A stretch of 63,916 nt of DNA, counting the filler, from Octopus bimaculoides (taxonomy: Eukaryota): assembly GCF_001194135.2 (NCBI RefSeq). It is 5 parts of 4 records of this genome, joined end to end, with 100 filler letters (N's around TTAATTAATTAA, not from the genome) between each part and the next. Parts side by side here need not be neighbours in the genome. Positions count along the whole stretch, not along the records: positions 31,486 to 53,676 come from NC_068983.1; positions 53,777 to 61,333 come from NC_068986.1; positions 61,434 to 63,916 come from NC_068996.1; 2 more parts are not named here. One strand, given 5' to 3'. Below the pieces are notes generated by a model. The model had not been told where the DNA came from and did not search any database. It worked only from the letters and a program-made list of their open reading frames with translations. The translations under genes and the position numbers were made by a program. How positions within the stretch are numbered: position 1 is the first letter of the stretch; each line of letters opens with the position of its first letter. Shown here piece after piece: positions 50,795 through 63,916 of the stretch.

Positions 50795-51063
50795 CCAACA
50801 AAGAAGCCGCCTTCAGCTTTGCTATAGTATCTGCAGGGATAGCTTACGCCATTACACAAGCCTGTAGCCGAGGTAACTTAAACCGGTGTGGATGTGACAA
50901 ATCAAAGCTTCCAAACTATTCCCATCACGGTTGGAAATGGGGTGGATGCAGTGCAGATGTCAAATACGGTCTGTCATTTTCTAGAAATTTCGTAGATATC
51001 AGGGAATTTACAGAAAACGCCAGAGCACTAATGAATGTACACAATAATCGAGCAGGTAGGAAG
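50795..51063 (+). CDS. Wnt7: Internal coding exon of a Wnt ligand, counterpart of Wnt7 exon 3 (269 nt, phase 1 to phase 0)
   Basis: Encodes (A)[98 protein letters not shown] is characteristic of Wnt7. Boundaries ttcag| and AAG|GTAAGT match vertebrate WNT7A exon 3 (272 nt as I recall; one codon longer). Confidence 0.92.
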
Positions 51064-51069
51064 GTAAGT
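51064..51069 (+). promoter_or_regulatory. 5' splice donor GTAAGT
   Basis: Perfect consensus AAG|GTAAGT after the RAGRK codons. Confidence 0.93.
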
Positions 51070-51949
51070 GTTTAGATTCACTTGATCACTAAAAACAGAT
51101 TTTTCTCCATTGCTTATAACGATCATTTCATTGCGTTGTGATAATTTATTTCGTTGATAGATTTATATAGCTACTATGATTTTTTCTATCATTTTTGTAA
51201 CATTTTTTTGTTTTTTGACTGATTTCATTGTGGGGCGCGGATGATCCCTTGCCTATCAATTGTTAGACTATTCATTTAGTTTCTGAGTGGATTCTTGTTT
51301 TTCGTGAGTAGAATATAGCTTCTGGGTAATCTCTCAATGTATTGTTGCATCACCATTCGTCTAAAGTAGATTCATACCTGTTCGTCTACAGTAGATTCAT
51401 TTTAACTAGACACAAACGCTCTATGTTTTATATATAAAGAAGATAAAATGAAATATAACAAAGATCACTTTTTTTCATTCACACGTATTAGCCATGCATG
51501 ACAAGTGAAATGGTTTAAAATACAGTTTTGTACCTGGGTTATATTCAAAACGTGCCTTGAACTTATATTTTAGTCTACCGGGTGCAGCATTTATATTTAA
51601 TGATAATTCATTTTATCATAAAATAAAATGTTTTAGGTTTTATTTAAAGAAAGTTAACAGGTTAATTGTTATATCTATTGACAATATTTCACATATATTT
51701 ACAATTCAAAACGGCCGCCCTTTGCATTCACCATATCCCTGAATCTTCATTCTTTATACCGACCATTTTCATTACTACAGTTTTTTCATGTTTTGTTTCA
51801 GCCGCCATATTCAATTAAAGGTAAACAATAAAACAAAAGAATGTTAGAATGCCTAATGCGACATTTGCAGCAATTTTTGCGAATAAGAATATTTCAATTC
51901 ATACTTCAATAATGGGTAAATTTTTACACTCAAATAATGGGTAGATGTA

Positions 51950-52166
51950 CGAAGGAGAGCTGAAAAGTTCCTGGCTTTGGGTAAAAGAAAATACAGGAGG
52001 ATTAGTTAATTATGATTTTATTTAACATATTCCCCTCTCCAATTCACACACTCATTGCAGCAGTCCTTCAGTTTTTCTAGGTCCTGTAAAAGAACTCGGA
52101 ACGTTGGGCCTCAAACCAGGACTTTTGTGATACCCTTAATGCTAGGAACTTTTCAGCATCCCCTCG
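51950..52166. mobile_element. Mariner-derived MITE
   Basis: TA-cgaaggagagctgaaaagttcctggc ... gctaggaacttttcagcatcccctcg-TA; 217 bp; TA duplication. Confidence 0.88.
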
Positions 52167-53274
52167 TATATGCCGCAGCCGGTATAACACTGGCAGAGCT
52201 AGACATACAATATTAACGAAATACACCTGTAGTAATCGTAATGTACGCTAACGTTATAACATGTTTTACATCATCAGCTATGAACATTATATAGAATTTT
52301 AGAAATATTTCAAACCCGTCCTGCTTGATAAATGTGTCCAGAACATAAGATCAGAGACCAAAACTGGACGAAATGTAGCTAAGATACAAATGTTGTAAAT
52401 ATATATTGCGAAAATGAGGTTCACAGTTACAAGAATTATAATTTCATTTGAAATAAGTCATCACAGACAAAACGTCCATTAAAATAAATATGAAAACATT
52501 TGGCAAGTGTTTGACACCTTGGAAACTGAGTGATGTCTCTTCAAAATATTACAAACACACAAACACACACACACACATATCTAACTTTAGCTATTCAAAC
52601 AGGATAAATAAAAGCAAAATATGAATTCATCTTTTATTTTTATTGTTTATGACTTCTACCGATCAAAAGTAAATATATATATGTGTGTGTGCGAGTGTGT
52701 GTGTGTGCGTGCGAGAGAGTGAGAGGGAGAATTTATGTGTGTGTGCATGTGTGTTTAAGAGTGGGAGAGTAAAAAAGGAGAAAAAGTATTTAAAAAATAT
52801 AAAGAATATAAGACTTTATAAAACGCGGTCTATAAAATGGCATATTCAGCAATTTTAACATAACATTACAAGCTTGAACTGACTGCAATCCACGTCTTGA
52901 ATATTATGAAATAAAGTATTTTTCTTGTGAGACTGTGTGTAAATACATAATATATTATGACTTGCAACCTGTCATAAATTTGTTGCAACAATATCTATTG
53001 TGGGTATTATTGTATTTTCTGTGATATTGTATGTGTGGTGTGACATAATGTATTACATATTATATCTATTGTGACATCTTTTCACCCTTCTTCTAATGTA
53101 GTCCTTTATACTCTAATGGAAAAAATATTCCTTTTTAGACACTTGCCCTTTTCGATGGAATTTACTTCTAATATTTTTCACTGTTGTCTATTCTTATGTC
53201 GATTTGAAGCATAAAATAAAAACTATCAGCAATTTGTTAAGAAATGATATTTATGCTTCTGTGTGTGTGTGTGC

Positions 53275-53317
<43 letters not shown>

Positions 53318-53433
53318 TGTGTGTATGTGTGTGTGTGTCTGTGTGTGCGCGCGTAGGCATGTGTGTAGTAATATATAAATGCATATTTTCTATCAATGCA
53401 CATATATATATGTGTGTGTGTGTGTACGTGCGC

Positions 53434-53479
<46 letters not shown>

Positions 53480-53637
53480 TCGTATGCATGTATATACGTA
53501 TCTGTATCTATGTATATACACGTATACATACAGACGTATGGATTCATAAGTATGCACAAATATAAATATAAATATAAATATATACATAAATATAAATATA
53601 TATATTTGTATTTATATTTATGTATATGATACACACA

Positions 53638-53676
<39 letters not shown>

Positions 53677-53799
53677 NNNNNNNNNNNNNNNNNNNNNNNN
53701 NNNNNNNNNNNNNNNNNNNNTTAATTAATTAANNNNNNNNNNNNNNNNNNNNNNNNNNNNNNNNNNNNNNNNNNNNTGTGTGTGTGTGTGTGTGTATAT

Positions 53800-53955
53800 A
53801 CATCGGGCTTCTTTTCATTTCCGTCTACCAAATCCACTTACGAGTTTTGGTCGGCCCGAAGCTATAGCAGAAGACATTTGCCACAGATTGGGACTGAATC
53901 CGGTACCATGTGGTTGGGATGTAAGCTTCTTACCACACAGCCACGTCTGCGCCTG
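53800..53955 (-). mobile_element. SINE family B, 5' half ending in (TG)n/gap
   Basis: cgggcttcttttcatttccgtctaccaaatccac...ttaccacacagccacgtctgcgcc. Confidence 0.85.
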
Positions 53956-54099
53956 TAAAGAAATAGGTATTTAATTTACAGGTTATACTCCACAGGTTAT
54001 ATTCTCACCCCGAGCAAAATACATGTTTATTTTAATGCTGTGCAAACTTGAAGGTAATATCGAGTATAAAACTGCGTGCGATTCACTATATAACACTCG

Positions 54100-54463
54100 T
54101 GGCACTCCGTCTGTTATGACGACGAGGTTTCCAGTTATCCGATAATCAGAACAGCCTGCTCGTGAAATTAACGTGCAAGTGGCTGAGCACTCCGCAGACA
54201 CGTTTATCCTTAGCGTAGTTCTCGGAGAGATTCAGCGTGACACAGTGTGACAAGGCTGGTCCTTTGAAATAGAGGTACAACAGAAACAGGAAGAAAGAGC
54301 GAGAGAAAGATGTGGTGAAAGAGTACAGCAGGGTTCACCGCAAACCCCTGCCAGAGCCTTGTGGTGCTTTAGGTGTTTTCGTTCAATAAACACTCACTAC
54401 GCCCGGTATGGGAATCGAAACCACGATCCTACGACCGCGAGTACGCTGCCCTATCCACTGGGT
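54100..54463 (-). mobile_element. SINE family C
   Basis: ggcactccgtc...gcctgctcgtgaaattaacgtgcaagtggctgagcactcc...gggaatcgaaacc...gaccgcgagtacgctgccc. Confidence 0.9.
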
Positions 54464-55992
54464 TATAATACTAATGCGATACTGAATACAACATACAAAT
54501 GTCTACATTTATAGAATGACACTCAGAAAAGCTTGTTAATACTCGTGAGCGACTTTCTATATTATCACTAGACAGCATGTTGCAATTATCCATAAAGAAA
54601 ATGCTAAAGATGAATCTGATCTTCCTTTCATAACAGAAAAACTCATTTAGTCTATTGTTTAGACCAGTTCATTTCTAGAATAATTATGAATTCCTTCGTA
54701 TTAGCAACAAGGAAGCCACTGGTTCGATTTTCGTAGTTTGTAGTAAAATAATTTTTTTTATAGCATATATATTTACTCTCGCTAGGATGTTAAAAATCTG
54801 AAGACAAGAAGGCTGTTTCTGAGTGGCTTTTTTGTGTATGCATTTGGTTTTGAGAGGCGAGTGAATATATTGACTCACAAACACATGCGCGCGCGCACAT
54901 ACACACACGCACACAGACACACACATGCACGCACACACACACACACACATTCACAAACTCACAGGGTGAGATTTAAGTACGTTGGCATGAAGCGCTTCGC
55001 TGCACCTTTGACAATATGCAAAGTGTTGAGTCTTAATCAGGTTTTCTTTTCAATTGCATATCTCAATGTATGCCTACAGATGCCTACAAACTGATTGGAA
55101 TGTTGGCAAAAATAGAACGATTGTATGAAGAGAATCATCTGAAAACAAAATTAATTGATTTGGAAGCTAAATAATCGTTTCAAACTTCACTAAATTTGTC
55201 GTGGGATTTCATATCTTACTGGGAAAACTGATATGGTATTTCCTTTGTAAGGCACATGGGAGCAAGTTGATACTAGAGAACTAATGTGTTTCATTGATAC
55301 TTCGTAATCGAATTATATTAACTCTATTACAGCAAACCGAACTAACTAGCATCCCGTCGATGGCAAGAAACAAAACAAAACTAAAACAGAGAAGTAACAG
55401 ACATATACAAGAAAATGTCCAAATTATTTTAAATTTATTTATTTTACCTCACTCAATTTAGAGCGTGTGTCTGTTAAGAGGAGTTAATTAACAGAAACAG
55501 TTAAGTGAAGTGAATGATTTCTAGGCACTTATAACATAAATACTACAAACTGGTCTCAATGCAAATCAGTGCAAGTTACTTGCACTGCGTAAGTATGAAA
55601 TATGTGTTTTAGCAACTACTGTGATACTGTTGCAAAATGTATTGTAAAATGCGGTGTTGACAGTACACAGTAAAAAAAAAGCATGAGATTAAACGACCAG
55701 GTGGACACACACACACACACACACACACACATTCGTGATGGCGTATTCCTTTACTGGTTCAGTAAACCGGAAGAGGATATTCGTATTTCGAATTTTGTAT
55801 TACAAATATCATAAATCCGACTCTACTATCAGTAGTGAGCTTCCCCCCATCAGTACATATACTTCTACTGTTATTTGTAAATTTGCTTTAAAATTATAAT
55901 CTTAATTTCACAGTTATATACATACAAATAAATACATATACGTTTGTGTGTTTGTGTGTGTTTGTATGTATATAACTGTGAAACTGAAATCA

Positions 55993-56215
55993 TAATATTG
56001 GTTTCAAACTTTGGCACAAGGCCAGCAAGCTGGGGTGTAGGGGATTAGTCGACTATATCGACCCTAGTACTAAGCTGATACTTATTTTATCGACCCCGAA
56101 AGGAGGAAAGACAAAGTTGACCTCGGCGGAATTTGAACTCAGAACGTAAAGACGGACAAAATGCCACTATGCATTCTGCTCGTCGGGCTAAACGATTCTG
56201 CTAGCTCTCCGCCTT
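55993..56215 (-). mobile_element. SINE family A
   Basis: Full revcomp copy, from aatattggtttcaaactttggcac to gattctgctagctctccgcc. Confidence 0.9.
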
Positions 56216-56969
56216 ACAGTTGAGGTTATAATATCAACGCAAATGTGTGTGTGTGTTGGGGGACGCGTGTATGTGTGAGTATTCTCTGCTGTGTGTGTGC
56301 ATGTGCGTGCATAAAGACTATTAATCGAAAAACCTAGAGTTCGAACACAGTTAACGCGGCTTTTGCATATTTGGCAGAATATAAGATTTAATTTTATATT
56401 AGAGGCAGAATGCAATATGTGTTAGGCTTCTTAAGGCTCTTACTTTGCCATATGCAAGTGTTCTATCTAGGACAAGAGTTGCTATCTTTGATCCATTTAA
56501 TACTTTGTTACCAGAGCTAAACAATAATTTCTGTAAGCATTTCAGAGCTCATATGGATATTTAGATTTCATTGTGTTATGTATATGAATCTAAATGGGTT
56601 AAATTTCCAGCAGTAGAGAACTTCAAAGTGTCAAATTTCTAAAGTATTCTCAAATTCAGAGAGTTATCTGATTTCTGATCACTTAATGGTTTACAATGAT
56701 CCAGTATAACGTGGTTTTCATGAAACCATACCCAGCTTGATATGATTACAATGATTTCTCGCATTGTTATCTCTGTAAAATCTGTAATGATGTAAAGAGA
56801 CTTGTTGCCTGTATAGCGAAGGAAAATAATGGCTTTTGACTTAGACGTGGTCTAATTCTGGAATGATGTGTAAATATATATATATAGGTGTGTGTGTGTA
56901 CACAGACATAATTACACATACATATATGCATGTATACGTATAAATATAAAGACGGAGAGGGAGAGGAAG

Positions 56970-57003
<34 letters not shown>

Positions 57004-59923
57004 GCGGGGGAACGGCATTGTAGATTAAATCTAGGTCAGTATATTACTGATATTTAATCGGATCCAAAGCAATAAATGGCAAATTTGACTTAGATGAAAT
57101 TTGAATTTAGAGCTTAGCGATACAAAACCAACTGCGATTAGATATTTATTAAGTCACATGCGATGNNNNNNNNNNNNNNNNNNNNNNNNNNNNNNNNNNN
57201 NNNNNNNNNNNNNNNNNNNNNNNNNNNNNNNNNNNNNNNNNNNNNNNNNNNNNNNNNNNNNNNNNNNNNNNNNNNNNNNNNNNNNNNNNNNNNNNNNNNN
57301 NNNNNNNNNNNNNNNNNNNNNNNNNNNNNNNNNNNNNNNNNNNNNNNNNNNNNNNNNNNNNNNNNNNNNNNNNNNNNNNNNNNNNNNNNNNNNNNNNNNN
57401 NNNNNNNNNNNNNNNNNNNNNNNNNNNNNNNNNNNNNNNNNNNNNNNNNNNNNNNNNNNNNNNNNNNNNNNNNNNNNNNNNNNNNNNNNNNNNNNNNNNT
57501 TATAAAAGATGAAATTTTTAATAGAATGTTATCGTATGATGTCATCTACTGAAAATATAATTGCAAGTAACGTAGGCATGAAACCTTGGATTTTTGAGGA
57601 GAGAGAAGAGAGGGAAAAAAAATCAAGAAAATATTTAATATTCATTCATTTCTTAATGAAAAAGAAAGAAAAAATCATGAGAGTCGTAAGATAAATGAAA
57701 ATCTAGAACAAATTTCAGCGCAGACTATGAACTTATTTTACAGTGCAAACCATGAATTCACCTTTAGTGAGAGGTATGTGCAAATATTCACAAAGCACAA
57801 TCACACACATTTTCACACACATACTCACACACACACACGCACAGATGCATTCACAAAAAGAAACACAAATATACGCACACACATACATCACCACTTCCAC
57901 ACATATATACATACACGCATACAGACATATATGAGTTTACTGCAGTGCTACAACTTTAGTAAACCGACTTTGCCAAACCGTTTCCATTAATTTCTGTGAG
58001 GAAGTATCTGTCACTAATATACCCGGAATGGAATGAACTATAATCGTCACAATTTCAATATGACCTAACTTAAAATCTTGAACGTGTGGCGCCTGGAATG
58101 AAAAGATGTTTGTGTTATATCGTGTAAGTTATGTTGTTTTCTTGCTTTTGTGTTATTTTGGTGTTATCCTTTGTTGTGAAAAGCATTTATGTGTTGAGAA
58201 GATGTAAGAATATGTTCTGCGTAATCGTGTTACTACATTGAAAAAGTTGATGTAGACTATGCGCTGTGTGCAGTAGAGCTTTTTATTGGATTACATGTAA
58301 AATTCTAAACCCCGGTATGGCTTTTGTGTTTTACTTCGTGTTTCTTTTTTTTATCATACCCAGCACACCGACAATATTTTCTCTCAGTAGCTTTTGTTTT
58401 TGAAATCTTTGTTGATGTTAATGTTACTCAGTGTCATATATTTTCTTCAGCTGTTTCTGTTGGATTTTTCACTTTTGTTTTAGATAACTTATTTTCACAA
58501 ATACGTTATTCTCGAATATCTTTCTCTCACGTAGTGTCTTCAACACTATACCACCGCTAAAATGATTTGTTTCAGTTTTTCTTTACTGATTCACTTCTCT
58601 TTCTTTTATATATTTAATTTTTGAGACCATTTTCTTTTATTCCTGTCAAACCTCACTTCTATTTCGCTATGTAAGATGTCCTTCCATTTTTTTCACAATT
58701 GTCCCTTGTATACTTGAGTTCACTGTATTTTCGTTTAGTAAGTTTGTCTTAAGTGATCGTCTGTTCGAATGGAACACGTTATCCCATGATACTCCCATAG
58801 CTACTCACAAATTAAGACCCTCACTTGAAGGAATTTCTTCGAAGTTTGTTACATTTAACCAAACATTTTGCATGAGCTTATTGACCCCTATTCTTCTTTC
58901 AACTAGGTAGTTATTCAATCGTTCTCAATTTATCGCATGATTTTCCACGGAAAGAGTTGCAGCTCCATAAGCCGTTTAACACTGGTACCCTTCAATGGAC
59001 TCATTCAGAGGAAGGACAGTTCACAACATCCTATGGGTAGTAAGGGTATAGACGCACGCATATATATATATATATATATATATATANNNNNNNNNNNNNN
59101 NNNNNNNNNNNNNNNNNNNNNNNNNNNNNNNNNNNNNNNNNNNNNNNNNNNNNNNNNNNNNNNNNNNNNNNNNNNNNNNNNNNNNNNNNNNNNNNNNNNN
59201 NNNNNNNNNNNNNNNNNNNNNNNNNNNNNNNNNNNNNNNNNNNNNNNNNNNNNNNNNNNNNNNNNNNNNNNNNNNNNNNNNNNNNNNNNNNNNNNNNNNN
59301 NNNNNNNNNNNNNNNNNNNNNNNNNNNNNNNNNNNNNNNNNNNNNNNNNNNNNNNNNNNNNNNNNNNNNNNNNNNNNNNNNNNNNNNNNNNNNNNNNNNN
59401 NNNNNNNNNNNNNNNNNNNNGAAAGGAAATTTAAATCGATTAAAATCGATTAAAATTATCGAAAATCAATTCTATTCAAAAATACAGCTAATCTTCAGGT
59501 CAAAATACAACAATAATAATAATAAATAAATGTATATATCAATCAACAATAAGTACCAAATGAATTTATATAAAATACTTATTGTATAAAGATCGGAAAA
59601 TATTACTAAAAATATCAAAATAATAAACATTCCTTCATCAACCCTACATCCATTATAATATATGCTAACAGTTATATTATATACAAAAACCAGCTTAAAT
59701 AAATTTATATCGTTTTAAATACAATTTGAACGAAGTTTAAGGTTAATATGATAATAATGATGATATTAGCACATATTTAAACGATACAATAGTTAAAGCT
59801 ATACTATTTAAGACTAAATACGTTTATTTATTTTTTAAATTTGGTATTTATTCTATCTCGGTAAGTTAGAGAATTAAACCTACGACGATCGAGAAACAAA
59901 CGTACGAACACACACACACAAAC

Positions 59924-59982
<59 letters not shown>

Positions 59983-59999
59983 CAGATAGGTAGATAGAT

Positions 60000-60160
60000 G
60001 ACGGGCGTCCGCACAGTTTCTGACTACCAAATTCACCCATATACTCCAGGGGAGGGGCATATAGTAAAGGACACTGCCCCAAGGTGCCATCTAGTGGGAC
60101 TGAAACTAAACCAGAAATTTAATAGTGAAGCAAACATATTGATCCCCACAACCATGCCTT
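60000..60160 (-). mobile_element. SINE family B, degenerate 5' half abutting (GATA)n
   Basis: gacgggcgtccgcacagtttctgactaccaaattcac...cccaaggtgccatctagtgggactgaaac. Confidence 0.7.
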
Positions 60161-60167
60161 CGATACA

Positions 60168-60236
<69 letters not shown>

Positions 60237-60729
60237 TACGCATACATACACACACATGTTGGCATGGTATGGATGTATGTACCTGTGATTAAGCACATTC
60301 TGATTTAATCTTAAATTCTCAATTCATTAGGGAACAAAGGAAAAATAAATTGGAACTTAGGTGCATTTAGTTTATAAAACTGCGACTGTTTAAATTACGG
60401 TTAGTGTGAGTCACCTCAGTGCAAACGATATTTGTCTAAACAGAATTATTTTTACTCTGCTTTCTAGTTTACTCCTTTGAAACTGATAGATATAAGAATA
60501 GTCATAACCTCTTCAATTGGCACAAAACCATAGATGATTGAGGGATATAGAGCGTGGATGGGGAATATAGTATATTCAGTCGATATCAATATATGACTAG
60601 TAATTATTTCAGGTAAACGTGGTGGGAAGGGATAACAATATTAAGTGGACTCGGGTACGTTGCAAATTTATAACCTATTTGTTGGTATCAATGTATATTG
60701 TAAGGTATAAAATCTGATGGTTTTTTTAT

Positions 60730-60763
60730 TTGATTGTAGAAATTTACTACTACTGCTGCTGCA

Positions 60764-60835
<72 letters not shown>

Positions 60836-60915
60836 ACTACTAATACTACTACTACCACTACTGCTGCTGCTGCTGCTACTACTACTACTACTACNNNNNN
60901 NNNNTTCTGCTGCTG

Positions 60916-60971
<56 letters not shown>

Positions 60972-60990
60972 GCTACAATAGACTACAAGC
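60730..60990. repeat. (CTA)n/(CTG)n compound trinucleotide tract
   Basis: Alternating in-phase CTA and CTG runs. Confidence 0.95.
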
Positions 60991-61069
60991 TACAGTAGCA
61001 TCAACCCTTAAGGGTTAGCCACATTTAGGTGGCAAATATACTTCACGAATAATACTACTACTACTATTA

Positions 61070-61288
61070 ATAATAATGTTTTCAAATCTTGTCACAAGGG
61101 GAGAAATTTGGGGGAGGGGAGGAGTCAATTACATCGACCCCAGTGTTCAACTGGTACTTATTTTATCGAACCTGTAAGGATGAAAGGCAAAGTCGACCTC
61201 GGCAGAATTTGAACTCAGAACGTAGCGGCGGACGAAATGCCGCTAAGAATTTCGCCTCGCGTGTTAAAGATTCTGCCAGCTCGCCTCC

Positions 61289-61290
<2 letters not shown>
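61070..61290 (-). mobile_element. SINE family A
   Basis: caactggtacttattttatcgaacc...gaaaggcaaagtcgacctcggcagaatttgaactcagaacg...gattctgccagctcgcc. Confidence 0.9.
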
Positions 61291-61333
<43 letters not shown>

Positions 61334-62429
61334 NNNNNNNNNNNNNNNNNNNNNNNNNNNNNNNNNNNNNNNNNNNNTTAATTAATTAANNNNNNNNNNN
61401 NNNNNNNNNNNNNNNNNNNNNNNNNNNNNNNNNTATATATATATATATATATATATCACAAAAGACCTGGTTGTAGCTCTAGAATTGCCACAGTTATCCA
61501 CTCTCCTCGCAGTGAGGAATACGGTCCCGAGGACTAAGGGTCGCGCATCGGCTCCGTCGGCGCCCGCAAAGGCGCTCGATATGCACCGCCCGCTTCACAC
61601 CAAACTCTAACCCTAAATCTAACTCTAATCTTTTACAGAGCTTAGAAAAACTGAAGGACCGCTGTAATAAATGTGCGAATCTGAGAAGGGAATAAGTTGA
61701 ATAAAATCATAATTAACAGATCATTCCCTATTTTCTTTTACCGAAAGCCAGGGATTTTGCAGCAAACCCTCGTATAAATCCTTTTCTATATCATAGGAGG
61801 AATTGTTGTCACTTTCACGTTTATACCCCAGATTCAAGTTACAATGAAAAAGTGCTAATTTTGTGTTCACCTATCAGCAAAAATAAACCAGTTATGACAA
61901 AACAACTCTTATATGTTCATTGGTGTCTGCAGTGATAAACTAAGTACTTAGTAAATACAACACTAAAAGAAGTACTGACCAAGTAAGTACAATGCTAAAG
62001 TTAATAATAGATACAGAAGATATGTTATGGGAAAGTAAAACAAGCAGTTGTTAAAATTATTACAGTTGGATATAATAAATGAGCGAGGAATGAAAAGCCC
62101 CTCGTGTCACAAGTCATGGAAAAGACGAGTCAAAATGGCCATCACTCAAAAACTAAACTCCATTATTATTTTCCAGAAAAATTGGGAATCAAATCAAAAT
62201 TTTTTTAAAATGTAGTAAAACCTGCTTTAAGCTAGCATTCTGTTAAAATATATTCTAACCATTTTCTACTCTAGGAAAATTGAAACTACTTTTAAAAAAA
62301 GCAATAGAAATACAAAAAAAAAATGAATAAACACGGTTACTGATAAATACATGATATTTTTGTACCTTTTCTCCAGCTCCAAGCAAATAGCATAAACGAA
62401 CTGGATGGATCTTTCAAAGAAGAAAGTAA

Positions 62430-63300
62430 AAAAACAACAGTTGAAACTTTTGTCTTGAAAGCTCAGAAACAAGTGACAGACTTGCCATCAGAAATGGAGA
62501 CAGTCTATGAACAAAGTCGAAAAGCTAGAAAAGAAATATTGAACAACCCAGACGATATTGTCAAAGCTGAACGATATAAAACGTGAACAATGAAGTCAAC
62601 ATACAAAAGAACAAAACCCTACCAGACAAAATAGAACAAGAAGCTGACTTGAAGAACAATAATAGTCACAACCTTTTGAAGTCACTCCGTGAAATGGAGG
62701 GAAAAGAGCGTGAAAAATAGAGAGAGTAATGAAAGAAAAAGACGGTAACACACAACACAGCCAAGGTACTTCAATGCTGGAAAGATTGTTTCGAACAACT
62801 TTTGAGCATAAAATTCCTACACAGCCAGGTAACACTATCAGAAATCCTGGATAGTCCATCTGTGGAGGATACGCATACAGAATAACAAATTCAGTAACAA
62901 GCAATATCAATAAAAATGGAGAGGACTATGTCCCTCTGAATGGATGCCATTAATGTTGAAAGATTAAAAGTAGGTGAGTATAACATTAATACATTGCACA
63001 TAATATTCAACATTTGTGTGTAAAATAGAAAAGATGTCAATAAATTGGAACAATATATGTAAAACCAAAACAACAAACATTTTGAACATTACAGGATGAG
63101 TTCATAATCGACGAAGTTTTCAGTCAGGTAATTACCGGACAGGTAATTGGAGATCTGACAGTGACACAATCAACGAAGTTTTTACAGCCAGAGAGAGATA
63201 ACTGAAAACTGAAAACTGAAAAGGATATCAAACAACTTTACGTTTCAAATTTAAATCTGCTTTCGACACAAGTTCAGAGGCTACTAATAAATGCAGGCCA
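62430..63300 (+). pseudogene. Heavily decayed LINE reverse transcriptase (RTE-like)
   Basis: Across stops: QAISIKM..MDAINVERLKVG..TLHIIFNIC, RSFQSG, TINEVFTARE, LRFKFKSAFDT, in the same order as RT motifs (GIxAExLK..LHxIFN, GFRxGR, DQIFxLRQ, FIDFKxAFD). Confidence 0.6.
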
Positions 63301-63689
63301 CGACAGACAGAGAAGATATTCTTGAAGCCGAGGATTTTAAACTTATGGAGCCAATATTTACGTATCGCCTGCAGAAACGAAAATTAAATCTCATAATACA
63401 GGGAAACAATTGCATAGTCAAGTACCTGCACATCTGGAGAACTACGTTGCGTGGAAACAATTTTAAAAAATGAATGTCCAACTGTATCCCTTCTTGTTGA
63501 CTCTAATTTTTTCAGTAATCTATTCACACACGACAGATGCCCAAACGCAAAGCTGAAACTACGTATAATACTTGTACTGTATAGCACAGGGTGAAATCTG
63601 AAGGTGGACGAGCTTTATACTGTACTCTACTACGTTCCTAGCAGAATATACCATAACTATATATAATACATACATATTTATATATAAAT

Positions 63690-63916
63690 AAAAAAATAAT
63701 AAATGCGCCCTTTTAAAGCCTAGCCAGGCTCATGGGTCTGGTTTCCCGGTTTCAATGGCGTATGTATTCCCCTGCTGGACGGGACGCCAGTCCATCGCAG
63801 CGTTACTCACTTTTGCCAGCTGAGTGGACTGGAGCTACGTGAAATGAAGTGTTTTGCTCAAGAACACAACGCATCGCCCGGTCCATGAATCGAAACCACA
63901 ATTTTACGTTCATGAT
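63690..63916 (-). mobile_element. SINE family D (CORE-like plus V-domain-like segment), truncated by the window end
   Basis: Minus strand: gtgttcttgagcaaaacacttcatttcacgtagctccagtccactcagctggcaaaagtgagtaacgctgcgatggactggcgtcccgtccagc, ending gggcgcatttatta. Confidence 0.7.

Noticed and set aside
58320-58800. A-rich minus-strand segment resembling a decayed LINE ORF2 linker
   Set aside because: Composition is suggestive, but I could not read a diagnostic endonuclease or RT motif.

Overview
Eukaryotic, AT-rich draft-assembly window, saturated with microsatellites and containing about 9 kb of N gaps. The repeat families and style suggest a coleoid cephalopod such as Octopus; this is inference, not shown. 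The only host coding sequence I can support is one 269-nt internal exon of a Wnt gene (50795-51063, + strand). Its WKWGGCSAD and HNNRAGRK motifs and its phase 1/phase 0 boundaries identify it as the counterpart of Wnt7 exon 3. Everything else looks intronic or intergenic. It includes four tRNA-type SINE families (called A-D here) and decayed mariner (D34D), Tc1-like (D36E), R4/Dong-like and RTE-like elements, plus mariner- and Tigger-type MITEs. There are also three long inverted repeats and many simple repeats. The most notable unannotated signal is a set of type I hammerhead-ribozyme folds (14377-14469 +, 14710-14753 -, a decayed copy at 14862-14900 +, and 22565-22666 +). Two have unusually long stem II insertions, and two sit in a head-to-head inverted duplication typical of Penelope-like elements. 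Nearly all ORFs in the supplied track are microsatellite or N-run artefacts. No CRISPR, rRNA or true tRNA genes were seen.
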